Positions 7,511-15,682 of a stretch of DNA of 64,000 bases are shown here, one piece after another; position 1 is the stretch's first letter; every line of letters begins with the position of its first letter. The position numbers were made by a program, and so were the translations under genes. The notes beneath the pieces were generated by a model, which saw nothing but the letters and a program-made list of their open reading frames with translations, did no database searches and had not been told where the DNA came from. Origin of the DNA: Dongiaceae bacterium. GTDB taxonomy: Bacteria > Pseudomonadota > Alphaproteobacteria > Dongiales > Dongiaceae. Location: assembly GCA_040881945.1 (NCBI GenBank), contig JBBECF010000157.1, forward strand, positions 13,301 to 77,300, given 5' to 3'.

Positions 7511-8754
7511 ATGCCTTCACCGTCGTCTTCCTCGCCGCGCTCGCCGCCGCAGTCGGCCTCGAGACCTGGTTGAACCTGCGCCAGCTCGCCCATCTGCGGG
7601 CGCACCGGTCAGCCGTGCCCCCGGGCTTCACGGATCGCGTGTCCCCGACCGCCCACCGGAGGGGGGCGGACTACACCATCGCGAGGACCCGGCTCGCCGT
7701 CGCCGTAACCGGCCTGGACGCCGCGTCGTTGCTGGGCTGGACCGTCGGCGGCGGGCTCGACCTGCTCGATAGGGCCTGGAACGCCCTGGACCTGGCCGCA
7801 CCCCTGGCGGGCGCCGGCGTGATCGCCAGCGCCCTACTGTTGAGCGCGCTGCTTCGCCTGCCGCTCGCCGCCTGCCGCCGGTTCGCCGTCGACGCACGCT
7901 TCGAGCTCAATCGCACAACGCCGCGGCTCTTCGCGACCGACGCGCTTACGAAAGGACTCCTGCTCGCCGGCGTGGCCGCGCCCCTGACCGCGCTGATCCT
8001 GTGGTCGATGGACGCCGCCGGCAGCCTGCGCTGGCCGGTCGCCTGGGTCCTGTGGACGGCCTACGTCGTAGTCCGGACATGGGCCTATCCCGGCCTCGTC
8101 GCGCCGCTGTTCAATCGCTTCGCGCCGCTGCCCGACGACGGATTGAGAAAACGGATCGCGGCGCTGCTCGAGCGCTGCGACCTGCGCCTTGGCGAGGTCG
8201 CGGTCATGGACGGGTCGCGGCGCTCCACGCACGGCAACGCGTCCGTCGCCGGGATCGGCCGCGGCAAGCGGGTCGTGCTCTTGGACACCCTCGTCGATGG
8301 TCTCGATCCCGACGAAATCGCCGCGGTGCTAGCCCACGAGCTCGGCCACCTCAAGCGTCGCCACATCGCCAAGCACCTCGCCGTCACCGCCGTCGCCAGC
8401 CTGGGATGCCTCATGCTCCTGGGCTGGCTCGCGGCGCGACCCGGCTTCTTCGCGGGGCTGGGTGTGGACCGGCCATCGCCACAGGCCGCGCTGGCGCTGC
8501 TGTTGCTGAGCCTGCCGACGCTCGCGGTGTTCGCGAAGCCGCTGGTCGCCGCCGTCTCGCGACGCTTCGAGTTCGAGGCCGACGCCTTCGCCACCCGCCA
8601 CGTCGATCCGCGCCTGTTGGTCCGCGCGCTGGAAAAACTCTATCGAACGAATGCGGAGAGCCTGTCGTCCGACCCGATCTATTCGGCGTTCCACCATTCG
8701 CACCCGCCGCCGCTGGCGCGCATCACGCGCCTGGCGGACGCCGTGTCGGGGTAA
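7507..8754 (+). CDS. M48 family zinc metallopeptidase, Ste24-like with N-terminal multi-TM domain
   Basis: HELGH at LAHELGHLKRRH and a downstream FEFEADAFA third-ligand motif. There are several N-terminal TM helices. The ATG overlaps the stop of the preceding gene (ATGA). Confidence 0.85.
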   Translation: MNAFTVVFLAALAAAVGLETWLNLRQLAHLRAHRSAVPPGFTDRVSPTAHRRGADYTIARTRLAVAVTGLDAASLLGWTVGGGLDLLDRAWNALDLAAPLAGAGVIASALLLSALLRLPLAACRRFAVDARFELNRTTPRLFATDALTKGLLLAGVAAPLTALILWSMDAAGSLRWPVAWVLWTAYVVVRTWAYPGLVAPLFNRFAPLPDDGLRKRIAALLERCDLRLGEVAVMDGSRRSTHGNASVAGIGRGKRVVLLDTLVDGLDPDEIAAVLAHELGHLKRRHIAKHLAVTAVASLGCLMLLGWLAARPGFFAGLGVDRPSPQAALALLLLSLPTLAVFAKPLVAAVSRRFEFEADAFATRHVDPRLLVRALEKLYRTNAESLSSDPIYSAFHHSHPPPLARITRLADAVSG

Positions 8755-8775
8755 GCGCAGGGCGTCGCGCCAGCC

Positions 8776-9060
8776 CTACGGCTTTGCGACCTGGCGGCGA
8801 AATTGCTGCGGGGCGCTGCGCCCGATCAGGTTCTGGGCCATGGCGCGCGCCTGCGCGCAGGTCAGGGCGCCGTGCGTCCCGATCACCCGGCGGCACCTGA
8901 CGCCGCTGACCGCGGTGCGGTAGTAGGCGAAATAGGCCGGCCGCCCGCCCGGCGGGACGACGCACCCGAACCCCCATAGATCGGTGTCCCAGAGCACGAC
9001 CATCCGCGCGCCGGGGCGCACCGACCCGACCGTCTCGTCCGTCAACTGTACGCGCGCCAT
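8776..9060 (-). pseudogene. Remnant of a tyrosine integrase: arm-type DNA-binding (DUF4102-like) N-terminal domain only
   Basis: MARVQLTDETVGSVRPGARMVVLWDTDLWGFGCVVPPGGRPAYFAYYR...GTHGALTCAQARAMAQNL matches the LTD..VK....WD..L.GFG.RV...G...F...YR pattern of P4-type integrase N-termini. No catalytic domain follows; the M48 gene ends 22 bp away. Confidence 0.5.
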
Positions 9061-9129
9061 GATGTGGTTCCCGCCTGCCGGCCCGACGATCCGCAAAGCA
9101 CATCCGGGCCACCGCGTCCTTGACCTGGA

Positions 9130-10392
9130 TCAAGAGACAGGCCGCGGCGTCGGCGGGTAGGTCAGCAACATCTGGTTGGTGCCGTTGAGCACGGCATAGA
9201 GCCGGTCGAACTCGGTCTTGAAGGCCGGCCAGTCGAGGCGACCGGATTCCGCGACCGAGACGGCCTGGTGCAAGTCCGTCAGATTGCGGTGGCCGTCCAC
9301 CCGGGTCAGGATCGGCACGGCCCGCGGCGGCAGCGCGAACCGGGCGTCGATGCCGTCGACGCGCAACGCCAGAACCGGCCCCGGCTTGATGCGATCCACG
9401 AGATCGGCGGCGGCGCAGCGGTGCAGGATCGGCACCGCCGCCGGGTCGTCGGGGCGCGCGACCGCCTGGCCGGCGCGCCCAGCCTTGACGACGTAGCAGA
9501 CATGGCGTTTCAGGTTGCCCGCCAGCAGCTCGGCGAAGGCCGCGCGCTCGAACCGGCCGAGCCCGGCGAGCCGCTTGAGGATCGCGCCGTCGCTCACATA
9601 TCGCGCCGGATCGTACCGCCACGGTTCGATGAAGCTACAGATCTCGAGTCCCGCGCCGGTCACGAGCTCGACCAGTTCCGGGACCGTATAGGGGCGGTCC
9701 CGGCCGTGCAGCAGCAGGTCGTACAGCCCCGCGTCGCCGCCGCGGATGTGGTCGACGACGACCGGATTGCGGGCGAACCAATTGGTCGGCGGCAATTGCT
9801 TCAACAGTCGCCGCGCGACCTCGACGTGCGTCGCCGGCGGGTCCGCCGGCGGCGTCAGCCGCCGCAGCATCGCCTGCATCTGATAGACGCCGGTGCGGCC
9901 GAGCGCGCCGTACACCATCAAGGCCATGCCGCCGTCGCCGACCAGCGCGTCGGCAAGCGCACGCAGCGCCACCGGGGGGTCGTCGAGATGGTGCAGCACG
10001 CCGACGCAGTCGATGTAATCGAACCGGCCGAGCCCGAGCGCCGCCAACTCGGTCAGGGAACCGACGACGAAGCGGGCGTTGCCGAGGCCGCGCGCCGCCA
10101 CCCGCGCCTCGGCGATGCGCGTCGAGGCGGCCGACAGATCGAGGTGGACCACCTCGGCCGGGCAGCCGCGATCGGCGAGTCGCTGGGCCAACATGACGGT
10201 GACGTCGCCGGTGCCGCCGCCGGCGACCAGGACGCGGAACAGCCGGCTGAAATCGCGCCGCCCGGCATAGACGTAATGGTCGATTTCGTCGAGATGACTC
10301 TGCGTCGTCTCGATCAGGCGCTTGGCCTCGTCGCGCGGGTCGCGCGCCGGATAGGGATAGACCTCGTACTGGTCGCGAACGGGATCGGTCAT
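9130..10392 (-). CDS. Class I SAM-dependent methyltransferase (420 aa, with C-terminal extension)
   Basis: Motif I VLVAGGGTGD, an acidic loop HLDLS, and DYIDCVGVLHHL typical of Methyltransf_11/25-type folds. Confidence 0.75.
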   Translation of the reverse strand: MTDPVRDQYEVYPYPARDPRDEAKRLIETTQSHLDEIDHYVYAGRRDFSRLFRVLVAGGGTGDVTVMLAQRLADRGCPAEVVHLDLSAASTRIAEARVAARGLGNARFVVGSLTELAALGLGRFDYIDCVGVLHHLDDPPVALRALADALVGDGGMALMVYGALGRTGVYQMQAMLRRLTPPADPPATHVEVARRLLKQLPPTNWFARNPVVVDHIRGGDAGLYDLLLHGRDRPYTVPELVELVTGAGLEICSFIEPWRYDPARYVSDGAILKRLAGLGRFERAAFAELLAGNLKRHVCYVVKAGRAGQAVARPDDPAAVPILHRCAAADLVDRIKPGPVLALRVDGIDARFALPPRAVPILTRVDGHRNLTDLHQAVSVAESGRLDWPAFKTEFDRLYAVLNGTNQMLLTYPPTPRPVS

Positions 10393-10403
10393 CGACCGCG
10401 CCG

Positions 10404-11087
10404 CTACGCGACCGCGCCCTCGTGCAACGTCAGCACGCGGTCCATGCGGCGGGCGAGATCGAGGTTGTGGGTCGCGATCAGCGCCGCCAGCCCGACCTCG
10501 CGCACGAGACCGGCCAGGACGTCGAAGACGTCGCTCGCCGTGTGCTCGTCGAGGTTGCCGGTCGGTTCGTCGGCGAGCAGCAGCGCCGGCGCGTTGGCGA
10601 GCGCCCGGGCGATGGCGACGCGCTGTTGCTCGCCGCCGGAGAGCCGCGCCGGGCGATGGCTCGCCCGCTGCGCCAGGCCGACGCGCGCGAGCAGTTCCTC
10701 GGCGCGCCCGCGCGCCTGGCGCCGGCCCGTGCCCGCGATCATTTGCGGCAGCACGACGTTCTCGAGCGCGGAGAATTCCGGCAACAGGTGATGGAATTGA
10801 TAGACGAAGCCGATGGCGCCGCGGCGCAGCTCGGTGCGCCGGAGATCGGACAGGGCGCCGACGGCGTCGCCGGAGATCCGCACCTCGCCGCCGTCGGGCC
10901 GCTCGAGCAGCCCGGCGATGTGCAGCAGCGTCGACTTGCCGGAACCGGACGGCCCGACCAAGGCCACCATCTCGCCGCGCTTGACCGCGAGCGTGGCGCC
11001 GCGCAGCACCGCCAGGCGATTGCCGCCCTGGACGAACGTGCGGTCGATCTTGTCGAGGGCGAGAACGCGTTCGGCCGCCCTATTCAT
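10404..11087 (-). CDS. lolD: Lipoprotein-releasing system ATP-binding protein LolD
   Basis: Walker [10 protein letters not shown], signature LSGGEQQRV, Walker [13 protein letters not shown]. The start at the internal ATG (MNRAAERV) overlaps the lolC stop. Confidence 0.85.
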   Translation of the reverse strand: MNRAAERVLALDKIDRTFVQGGNRLAVLRGATLAVKRGEMVALVGPSGSGKSTLLHIAGLLERPDGGEVRISGDAVGALSDLRRTELRRGAIGFVYQFHHLLPEFSALENVVLPQMIAGTGRRQARGRAEELLARVGLAQRASHRPARLSGGEQQRVAIARALANAPALLLADEPTGNLDEHTASDVFDVLAGLVREVGLAALIATHNLDLARRMDRVLTLHEGAVA

Positions 11088-12324
11088 AGCGCAGCGCCTC
11101 GACCGGATCGAGCCGCGCCGCGCGCCACGATGGATAGAGCGTGGCCAGAAACGACAGCACCAGGGCGACGCCGACGACCGCGGTGACGTCGCGCGCATCG
11201 ACGATCGCCGGCAACTGCGACAGGAAATAGAACTCGTCCGGGAACAGCGCGGTTCCGGTGAATTGTTGCAGCCACTGACGAATCGTTTCGATGTTCTCGG
11301 CGAAGGCCAGGCCGAGGGCGAACCCCAGCCCCGTGCCGACGACGCCGATGCTGGCGCCGCTCAACAGGAAGATGCGCATGATCATGCCGCGCGTCGCGCC
11401 CATCGTGCGCAGGATGGCGATGTCGCGGCCCTTGTCCTTCACCAGCATGATCATCCCGGAGACGATGTTGAAGGCGGCAACCAGGATGATCAGCGTCAGG
11501 ATCAGCGCCATGACGTTGCGTTCGACCTTGAGCACGGTGAAGAAGCTGGCATTGGCCTGCTGCCAGTCGACCAGGCGATAGCCCGGGCCGAGCGCCGCCA
11601 GGATATCGGCGCGCGCCGCCTCCACCCGATCCGGATCGGCGACCGTGACCTCGAGGCTGCTGACCGCGCCGGGCAGCTTGAAAAACAATTGCGCCGCCTC
11701 GAGCGGCATGAACAGAAGGCCGTCGTCATAGAGCGTGTTGCCGATCTGGAAGATCGCCACGACGCGGTAGGCCTTCATGCGCGGCACCGCGCCGACCATC
11801 GTCGTCGTGACCTGCGGCGAGATCGCCGTAATCGAATCGCCGGCGGCGAGGCCGAGACGCCGGGCGAGGCGGCTGCCGATGGCGACCACGTCCTCGCCGG
11901 CGAAGCCGTCGAGGCTGCCGGCGACGATGTTGTCGGCGATGATCGGGCGCGCCCGCAGGTCCTCCGGCCGGACGCCGCGGACCAGCGCGCCCGCCGCCTG
12001 CGCGGCCGCGGTGACCATGACCTGGCCCTCGACGGTCGGCATGACGCTGCGCACCTCGGCCAATCCGGCCACCGCCCGGACCGCCCGGTCGACGTCGACG
12101 AGCGGGCCCTCGCCGGCGTAAACCGCCAGATGGCCGTTCATGCCGAGGATGTTCGACAGGATCTCGTGCCGGAACCCGTTCATCACCGACATGACGATGA
12201 TCAGCGTCGCCACGCCGAGGCCGATGCCGAGCAGCGAGAATCCGGCGATGACCGAGATGAAGCCTTCCTGGCGGCGCGCCCGCAGATAGCGCATCGCCAC
12301 CATGCGTTCGAAGGCGGAGAACAT
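11080..12324 (-). CDS. lolC: Lipoprotein-releasing system permease LolC/LolE
   Basis: [51 protein letters not shown] is the canonical LolC/E N-terminus, with an FtsX-type C-terminal domain. Confidence 0.85.
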   Translation of the reverse strand: MFSAFERMVAMRYLRARRQEGFISVIAGFSLLGIGLGVATLIIVMSVMNGFRHEILSNILGMNGHLAVYAGEGPLVDVDRAVRAVAGLAEVRSVMPTVEGQVMVTAAAQAAGALVRGVRPEDLRARPIIADNIVAGSLDGFAGEDVVAIGSRLARRLGLAAGDSITAISPQVTTTMVGAVPRMKAYRVVAIFQIGNTLYDDGLLFMPLEAAQLFFKLPGAVSSLEVTVADPDRVEAARADILAALGPGYRLVDWQQANASFFTVLKVERNVMALILTLIILVAAFNIVSGMIMLVKDKGRDIAILRTMGATRGMIMRIFLLSGASIGVVGTGLGFALGLAFAENIETIRQWLQQFTGTALFPDEFYFLSQLPAIVDARDVTAVVGVALVLSFLATLYPSWRAARLDPVEALRYE

Positions 12325-12333
12325 CGGCGGCGG

Positions 12334-13647
12334 CTAGCCGACGACGCGCGCGAGCGCCGAATCGAGCGACAGCTCGTGGCGCTCGCCGGTCGCCCGCCGC
12401 TTCAGCTCGACGGTGCCGGCGGCCAGCCCGCGCGGCCCGATGACGAGCTGCCACGGCAGCCCGATCAGGTCCATGCCGGCGAACTTGGCACCCGGCCGCT
12501 CGTCGCGGTCGTCATAAAGCGCCTCGGCGCCGGCCCGGCGCAATTTTCCATAGGCGTCGTCGCAGGCCGCCGCGCAGGCGGCATCGCCCGCCTTCAGGTT
12601 GATCAGCCCGACCTTGAACGGCGCCACGGAGTCCGGCCAGACGATGCCGTCGTCGTCGTGGCTGGCCTCGATGATCGCGCCGACCAGCCGCGACACGCCG
12701 ATGCCGTAGGACCCCATGTGCACCGGCGTCGCCTCCCCGTCCGCCTTGGCGACAACGGCTTGCAGCGGCTCGGAATACTTGGTGCCGAAATAGAAGATGT
12801 GCCCGACCTCGATGCCCCGCGCCTCCAGCAGCTCGTCCTTCGGCACCGGGCAGGCGGCCGGGTCGTGCTTGTGGTCGGTCGCCGCGTAGAGGCGCGTCCA
12901 GGCGTCGACCACGGGCTCCAGGTCGGCCTCGTAATCGACCTCCGATCCGAGCACATCGAAGGCCACGAAATCGCGGTGGCAGAACACGGCGCTCTCGCCG
13001 GTGTCCGCCAGGATGACGAATTCATGGCTCAGATTGCCGCCGATCGGCCCGGTCTCGGCTTCCATCGGGATCGCCTTGAGGCCCATGCGCGCGAAGGTGC
13101 GCAGGTAGGCAACGAACATCTTGTTGTACGACCGCTTGGCCCCGGCGTAGTCGAGGTCGAAGGAATAGCTGTCCTTCATCAGGAATTCGCGCCCGCGCAT
13201 GACGCCGAAGCGCGGCCGCACCTCGTCGCGGAACTTCCACTGAATGTGGTAGAGCAGCTTCGGCAAATCGCGGTAGCTGCGCACCGCATTGCGGAAGATG
13301 TCGGCGATCAGCTCCTCGTTGGTCGGCCCGTACAGCATCTCGCGATCGTGCCGGTCGGTGATACGCAGCATCTCCTTGCCGTAGTCCTCGTACCGGCCGG
13401 ACACCTTCCACAGATCGGCCGACTGGATCGTCGGCATCAGCATTTCCTGGCACCCGGCACGGTCCTGTTCCTCGCGCACGATCTGCTCGACGCGCTTGAG
13501 CACGCGGAAGCCCAACGGCAGCCAGGAATAGATGCCGGCGCTGGCCTGGCGGACCATGCCGGCGCGCAGCATCAGCCGGTGCGAGACGATCTGCGCCTCG
13601 GCCGGGTTTTCCTTCAGCGTGGGCATGAAATAGGCGGACAGACGCAT
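12334..13647 (-). CDS. proS: Prolyl-tRNA synthetase (alphaproteobacterial short type)
   Basis: [34 protein letters not shown], class II motifs ([17 protein letters not shown]), and a C-terminal anticodon-binding domain. Start taken at the internal ATG 13647. Confidence 0.9.
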   Translation of the reverse strand: MRLSAYFMPTLKENPAEAQIVSHRLMLRAGMVRQASAGIYSWLPLGFRVLKRVEQIVREEQDRAGCQEMLMPTIQSADLWKVSGRYEDYGKEMLRITDRHDREMLYGPTNEELIADIFRNAVRSYRDLPKLLYHIQWKFRDEVRPRFGVMRGREFLMKDSYSFDLDYAGAKRSYNKMFVAYLRTFARMGLKAIPMEAETGPIGGNLSHEFVILADTGESAVFCHRDFVAFDVLGSEVDYEADLEPVVDAWTRLYAATDHKHDPAACPVPKDELLEARGIEVGHIFYFGTKYSEPLQAVVAKADGEATPVHMGSYGIGVSRLVGAIIEASHDDDGIVWPDSVAPFKVGLINLKAGDAACAAACDDAYGKLRRAGAEALYDDRDERPGAKFAGMDLIGLPWQLVIGPRGLAAGTVELKRRATGERHELSLDSALARVVG

Positions 13648-13731
13648 CGCGCTCCTCGCCGGGCGGTCGGGCGCGCAGACTGTAGGCAATGGCCGCGGGG
13701 CTGTCCATGCCCGCCGCGGCCGCGGCCGGGA

Positions 13732-14157
13732 CTATTCGGCGTCGTCGATGCGCTGGCAGGCGGCGGCGAGTGCGCGCGTCTCGGGGTCGGTCAGCGCCTG
13801 ACCGTTGAAGGTCACCCGGTCGCCGGCGACCTCGACCACGCCGATGCCGGCGTTGCCTTCGAACAGGACGGAATTTGCCGGGATGCCGAACCGTTCCTGC
13901 AGGTCGACGGTGATGAGGACGAGAATGGTTTCGGGGATCGTCACGTTCGCGGCGTCAGGGCCGGCCGGCGTCACCGGCCGGCCATAGACGTCCACGCCGG
14001 GCCGATAGGCGACGTCGGGCGCCGGCACATGCCGGACCAGCCGCGCGCAATCGGCCCCGGCGACGCGCAGCGGCGCGTCCTCGGCAGCGGCCACGCCCGC
14101 GAGCAGCGGCAGGAAGAGCAGGAGCAGGGCGGCGGGCATGGTTCGGGTCATGGCCAT
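13732..14157 (-). CDS. Secreted hypothetical protein (signal peptide)
   Basis: MPAALLLLFLPLLAGVAAAED signal-like N-terminus. I cannot assign a family. Confidence 0.5.
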   Translation of the reverse strand: MAMTRTMPAALLLLFLPLLAGVAAAEDAPLRVAGADCARLVRHVPAPDVAYRPGVDVYGRPVTPAGPDAANVTIPETILVLITVDLQERFGIPANSVLFEGNAGIGVVEVAGDRVTFNGQALTDPETRALAAACQRIDDAE

Positions 14158-14365
14158 GAGTGTCGCGGCCGGGGATTAACAAGGGCTGACTCGGCCGGCT
14201 GTTCAACGATTTCAGTAGCTTTTCCCACGAGTCTGAGTAAAAATGTCATCGTCGCGGCAAGCGGCATGAGGCGCAACGTCGCCTCGGTCCAAGTTCAGGG
14301 AGACGCGCGAGGTAAGGGCCGCCTGGGAGGGTCCGACAGAAACGTACGGCACGCACGCCATGGGT

Positions 14366-14403
14366 ACGGCAAGCCTCGCTTTGCGGCTTGCCGTTTTCTT
14401 TTT
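14366..14403 (+). terminator. Rho-independent terminator oriented on the plus strand (ACGGCAAGCC-tcgctttgc-GGCTTGCCGT + TTTCTTTTT)
   Basis: Perfect 10-bp stem followed by a T-rich run, which is present on the plus strand only. No plus-strand CDS lies upstream of it. Confidence 0.6.
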
Positions 14404-14428
14404 ATATCAAAAAGTTTTTTTTGTTTGT

Positions 14429-14995
14429 TCAAGTGCGGTCTCGGGAAACACGGCGTCCCCCTTGCCGCATCCACGGCGGGTCCAGGGCGGCGATCCGCTG
14501 ATAGACCGGGCAGTCTGGGACGTGCGTGCCCGGCAGATAGCCGATGCTCATCAGGAACTCGCCGGTAATCTCGCCGCCGGTGAAGCGGAAGGTCTTGCGG
14601 AACAGCGTCACCCAGTCCGGCTTCGAGCGCGGGTGGTGCGCCGCCAGCCAGGCGGCGAACGAGCCGAAGTCGTCGCGCAGGACCCGGACGCGCCGCGCGT
14701 TCTCGATGGCGGCATCGACTTTCAGGCGGTTGCGGATGATGCCGGCATCGGCCAGCAGGCGCGCCCGCTCGCGCGCCCCATAGGCGGCGACTCGGTCGAT
14801 CTCGAAGCCGTCGTAGGCGGCGCGGAACGCCGCCCGCTTCTTCAGCACGGTCAGCCAGCTTAGGCCCGCCTGGTTGATCTCGAGAATGAGCCGCTCGAAC
14901 AGCACCGTATCGTCCGCGACGGGGAAGCCGTATTCGGTGTCGTGGTAGGGCCCGTGCCAGGGGTGACCGGGCGCGATCTCGCAATATGTCGTCAT
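14429..14995 (-). CDS. tag: DNA-3-methyladenine glycosylase I
   Basis: HDTEYGFPV, LILEINQAGLSWLTVLKKR and FTGGEITGEFLMSIGY are typical Tag motifs. Confidence 0.85.
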   Translation of the reverse strand: MTTYCEIAPGHPWHGPYHDTEYGFPVADDTVLFERLILEINQAGLSWLTVLKKRAAFRAAYDGFEIDRVAAYGARERARLLADAGIIRNRLKVDAAIENARRVRVLRDDFGSFAAWLAAHHPRSKPDWVTLFRKTFRFTGGEITGEFLMSIGYLPGTHVPDCPVYQRIAALDPPWMRQGGRRVSRDRT

Positions 14996-14999
14996 CGGA

Positions 15000-15236
15000 T
15001 CAGGCGGCGCCGACGTCGATGAGTTTCCATTCGATGACGAAATAGAACGCCAGCCAAAGCAACGCCGCGACGGCCGACGTGACCAGCAGCTTCAGCCCCA
15101 GCCGCGGGTTGCTCGGCGCGCTCGTCGCGTGGCCGGGCTCGGGGCGGTCCGGCACCCGCACGCCCCAGGGCAGCACGGCGAACAGCACCATCCACCAGAT
15201 CAGCACATAAACGAACGGGCCGCCCAACCAGCCCAT
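15000..15236 (-). CDS. DUF1467 family small membrane protein
   Basis: MGWLGGPFVYVLIWWMVLFAVLPWGVRVP... gives two TM helices. The start is taken at the internal ATG. The upstream part of the ORF is Arg-rich junk that overlaps mce. Confidence 0.7.
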   Translation of the reverse strand: MGWLGGPFVYVLIWWMVLFAVLPWGVRVPDRPEPGHATSAPSNPRLGLKLLVTSAVAALLWLAFYFVIEWKLIDVGAA

Positions 15237-15238
15237 GG

Positions 15239-15643
15239 TCACGCCTGCTCGAGCTCGATGAGGGTGCCGCAGAAATCCTTCGGATGGAGGAACAGCACCG
15301 GCTTGTCGTGGGCGCCGATCCGCGGCTCGCCGTCGCCGAGCACGCGGGCGCCGGCGGCGCGCAGCCGGTCGCGGGCGGCCAGGATGTCCGCGACCTCGTA
15401 GCACAGGTGATGGACGCCGCCGGCCGGGTTGCGCGCGAGGAATCCGGCGATCGGCGACTCGGCGCCGAGCGGGTGCAGCAGCTCGATCTTGGCGTTCGGC
15501 AGCTCGACGAAGACCACGGTCACGCCGTGCGCCGGCTGATCGACCGGGGCCGAGACGCGGGCGCCCAGCGTTTCGGCGTAGAGCCGCGCGGCGGCGGCGA
15601 GGTCCGGCACCGCGATGGCGACGTGGTTCAGCCTGCCGATCAT
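15239..15643 (-). CDS. mce: Methylmalonyl-CoA epimerase (VOC/glyoxalase fold)
   Basis: MIGRLNHVAIAVPDL...IELLHPLGAESPIAGFL...GGVHHLCYEV...FLHPKDFCGTLIELEQ. Confidence 0.85.
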   Translation of the reverse strand: MIGRLNHVAIAVPDLAAAARLYAETLGARVSAPVDQPAHGVTVVFVELPNAKIELLHPLGAESPIAGFLARNPAGGVHHLCYEVADILAARDRLRAAGARVLGDGEPRIGAHDKPVLFLHPKDFCGTLIELEQA

Positions 15644-15682
15644 CCCCTGCCCTCCGGGCGAAACTCTATCAGGCCGCGGCGA

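Noticed and set aside
10813-14568. 1251-aa plus-strand ORF, the longest in the track
   Set aside because: It runs antisense through lolC, proS and the secreted protein, which all have strong family signatures. Its composition (R, D, H, G, A runs) is non-protein-like.
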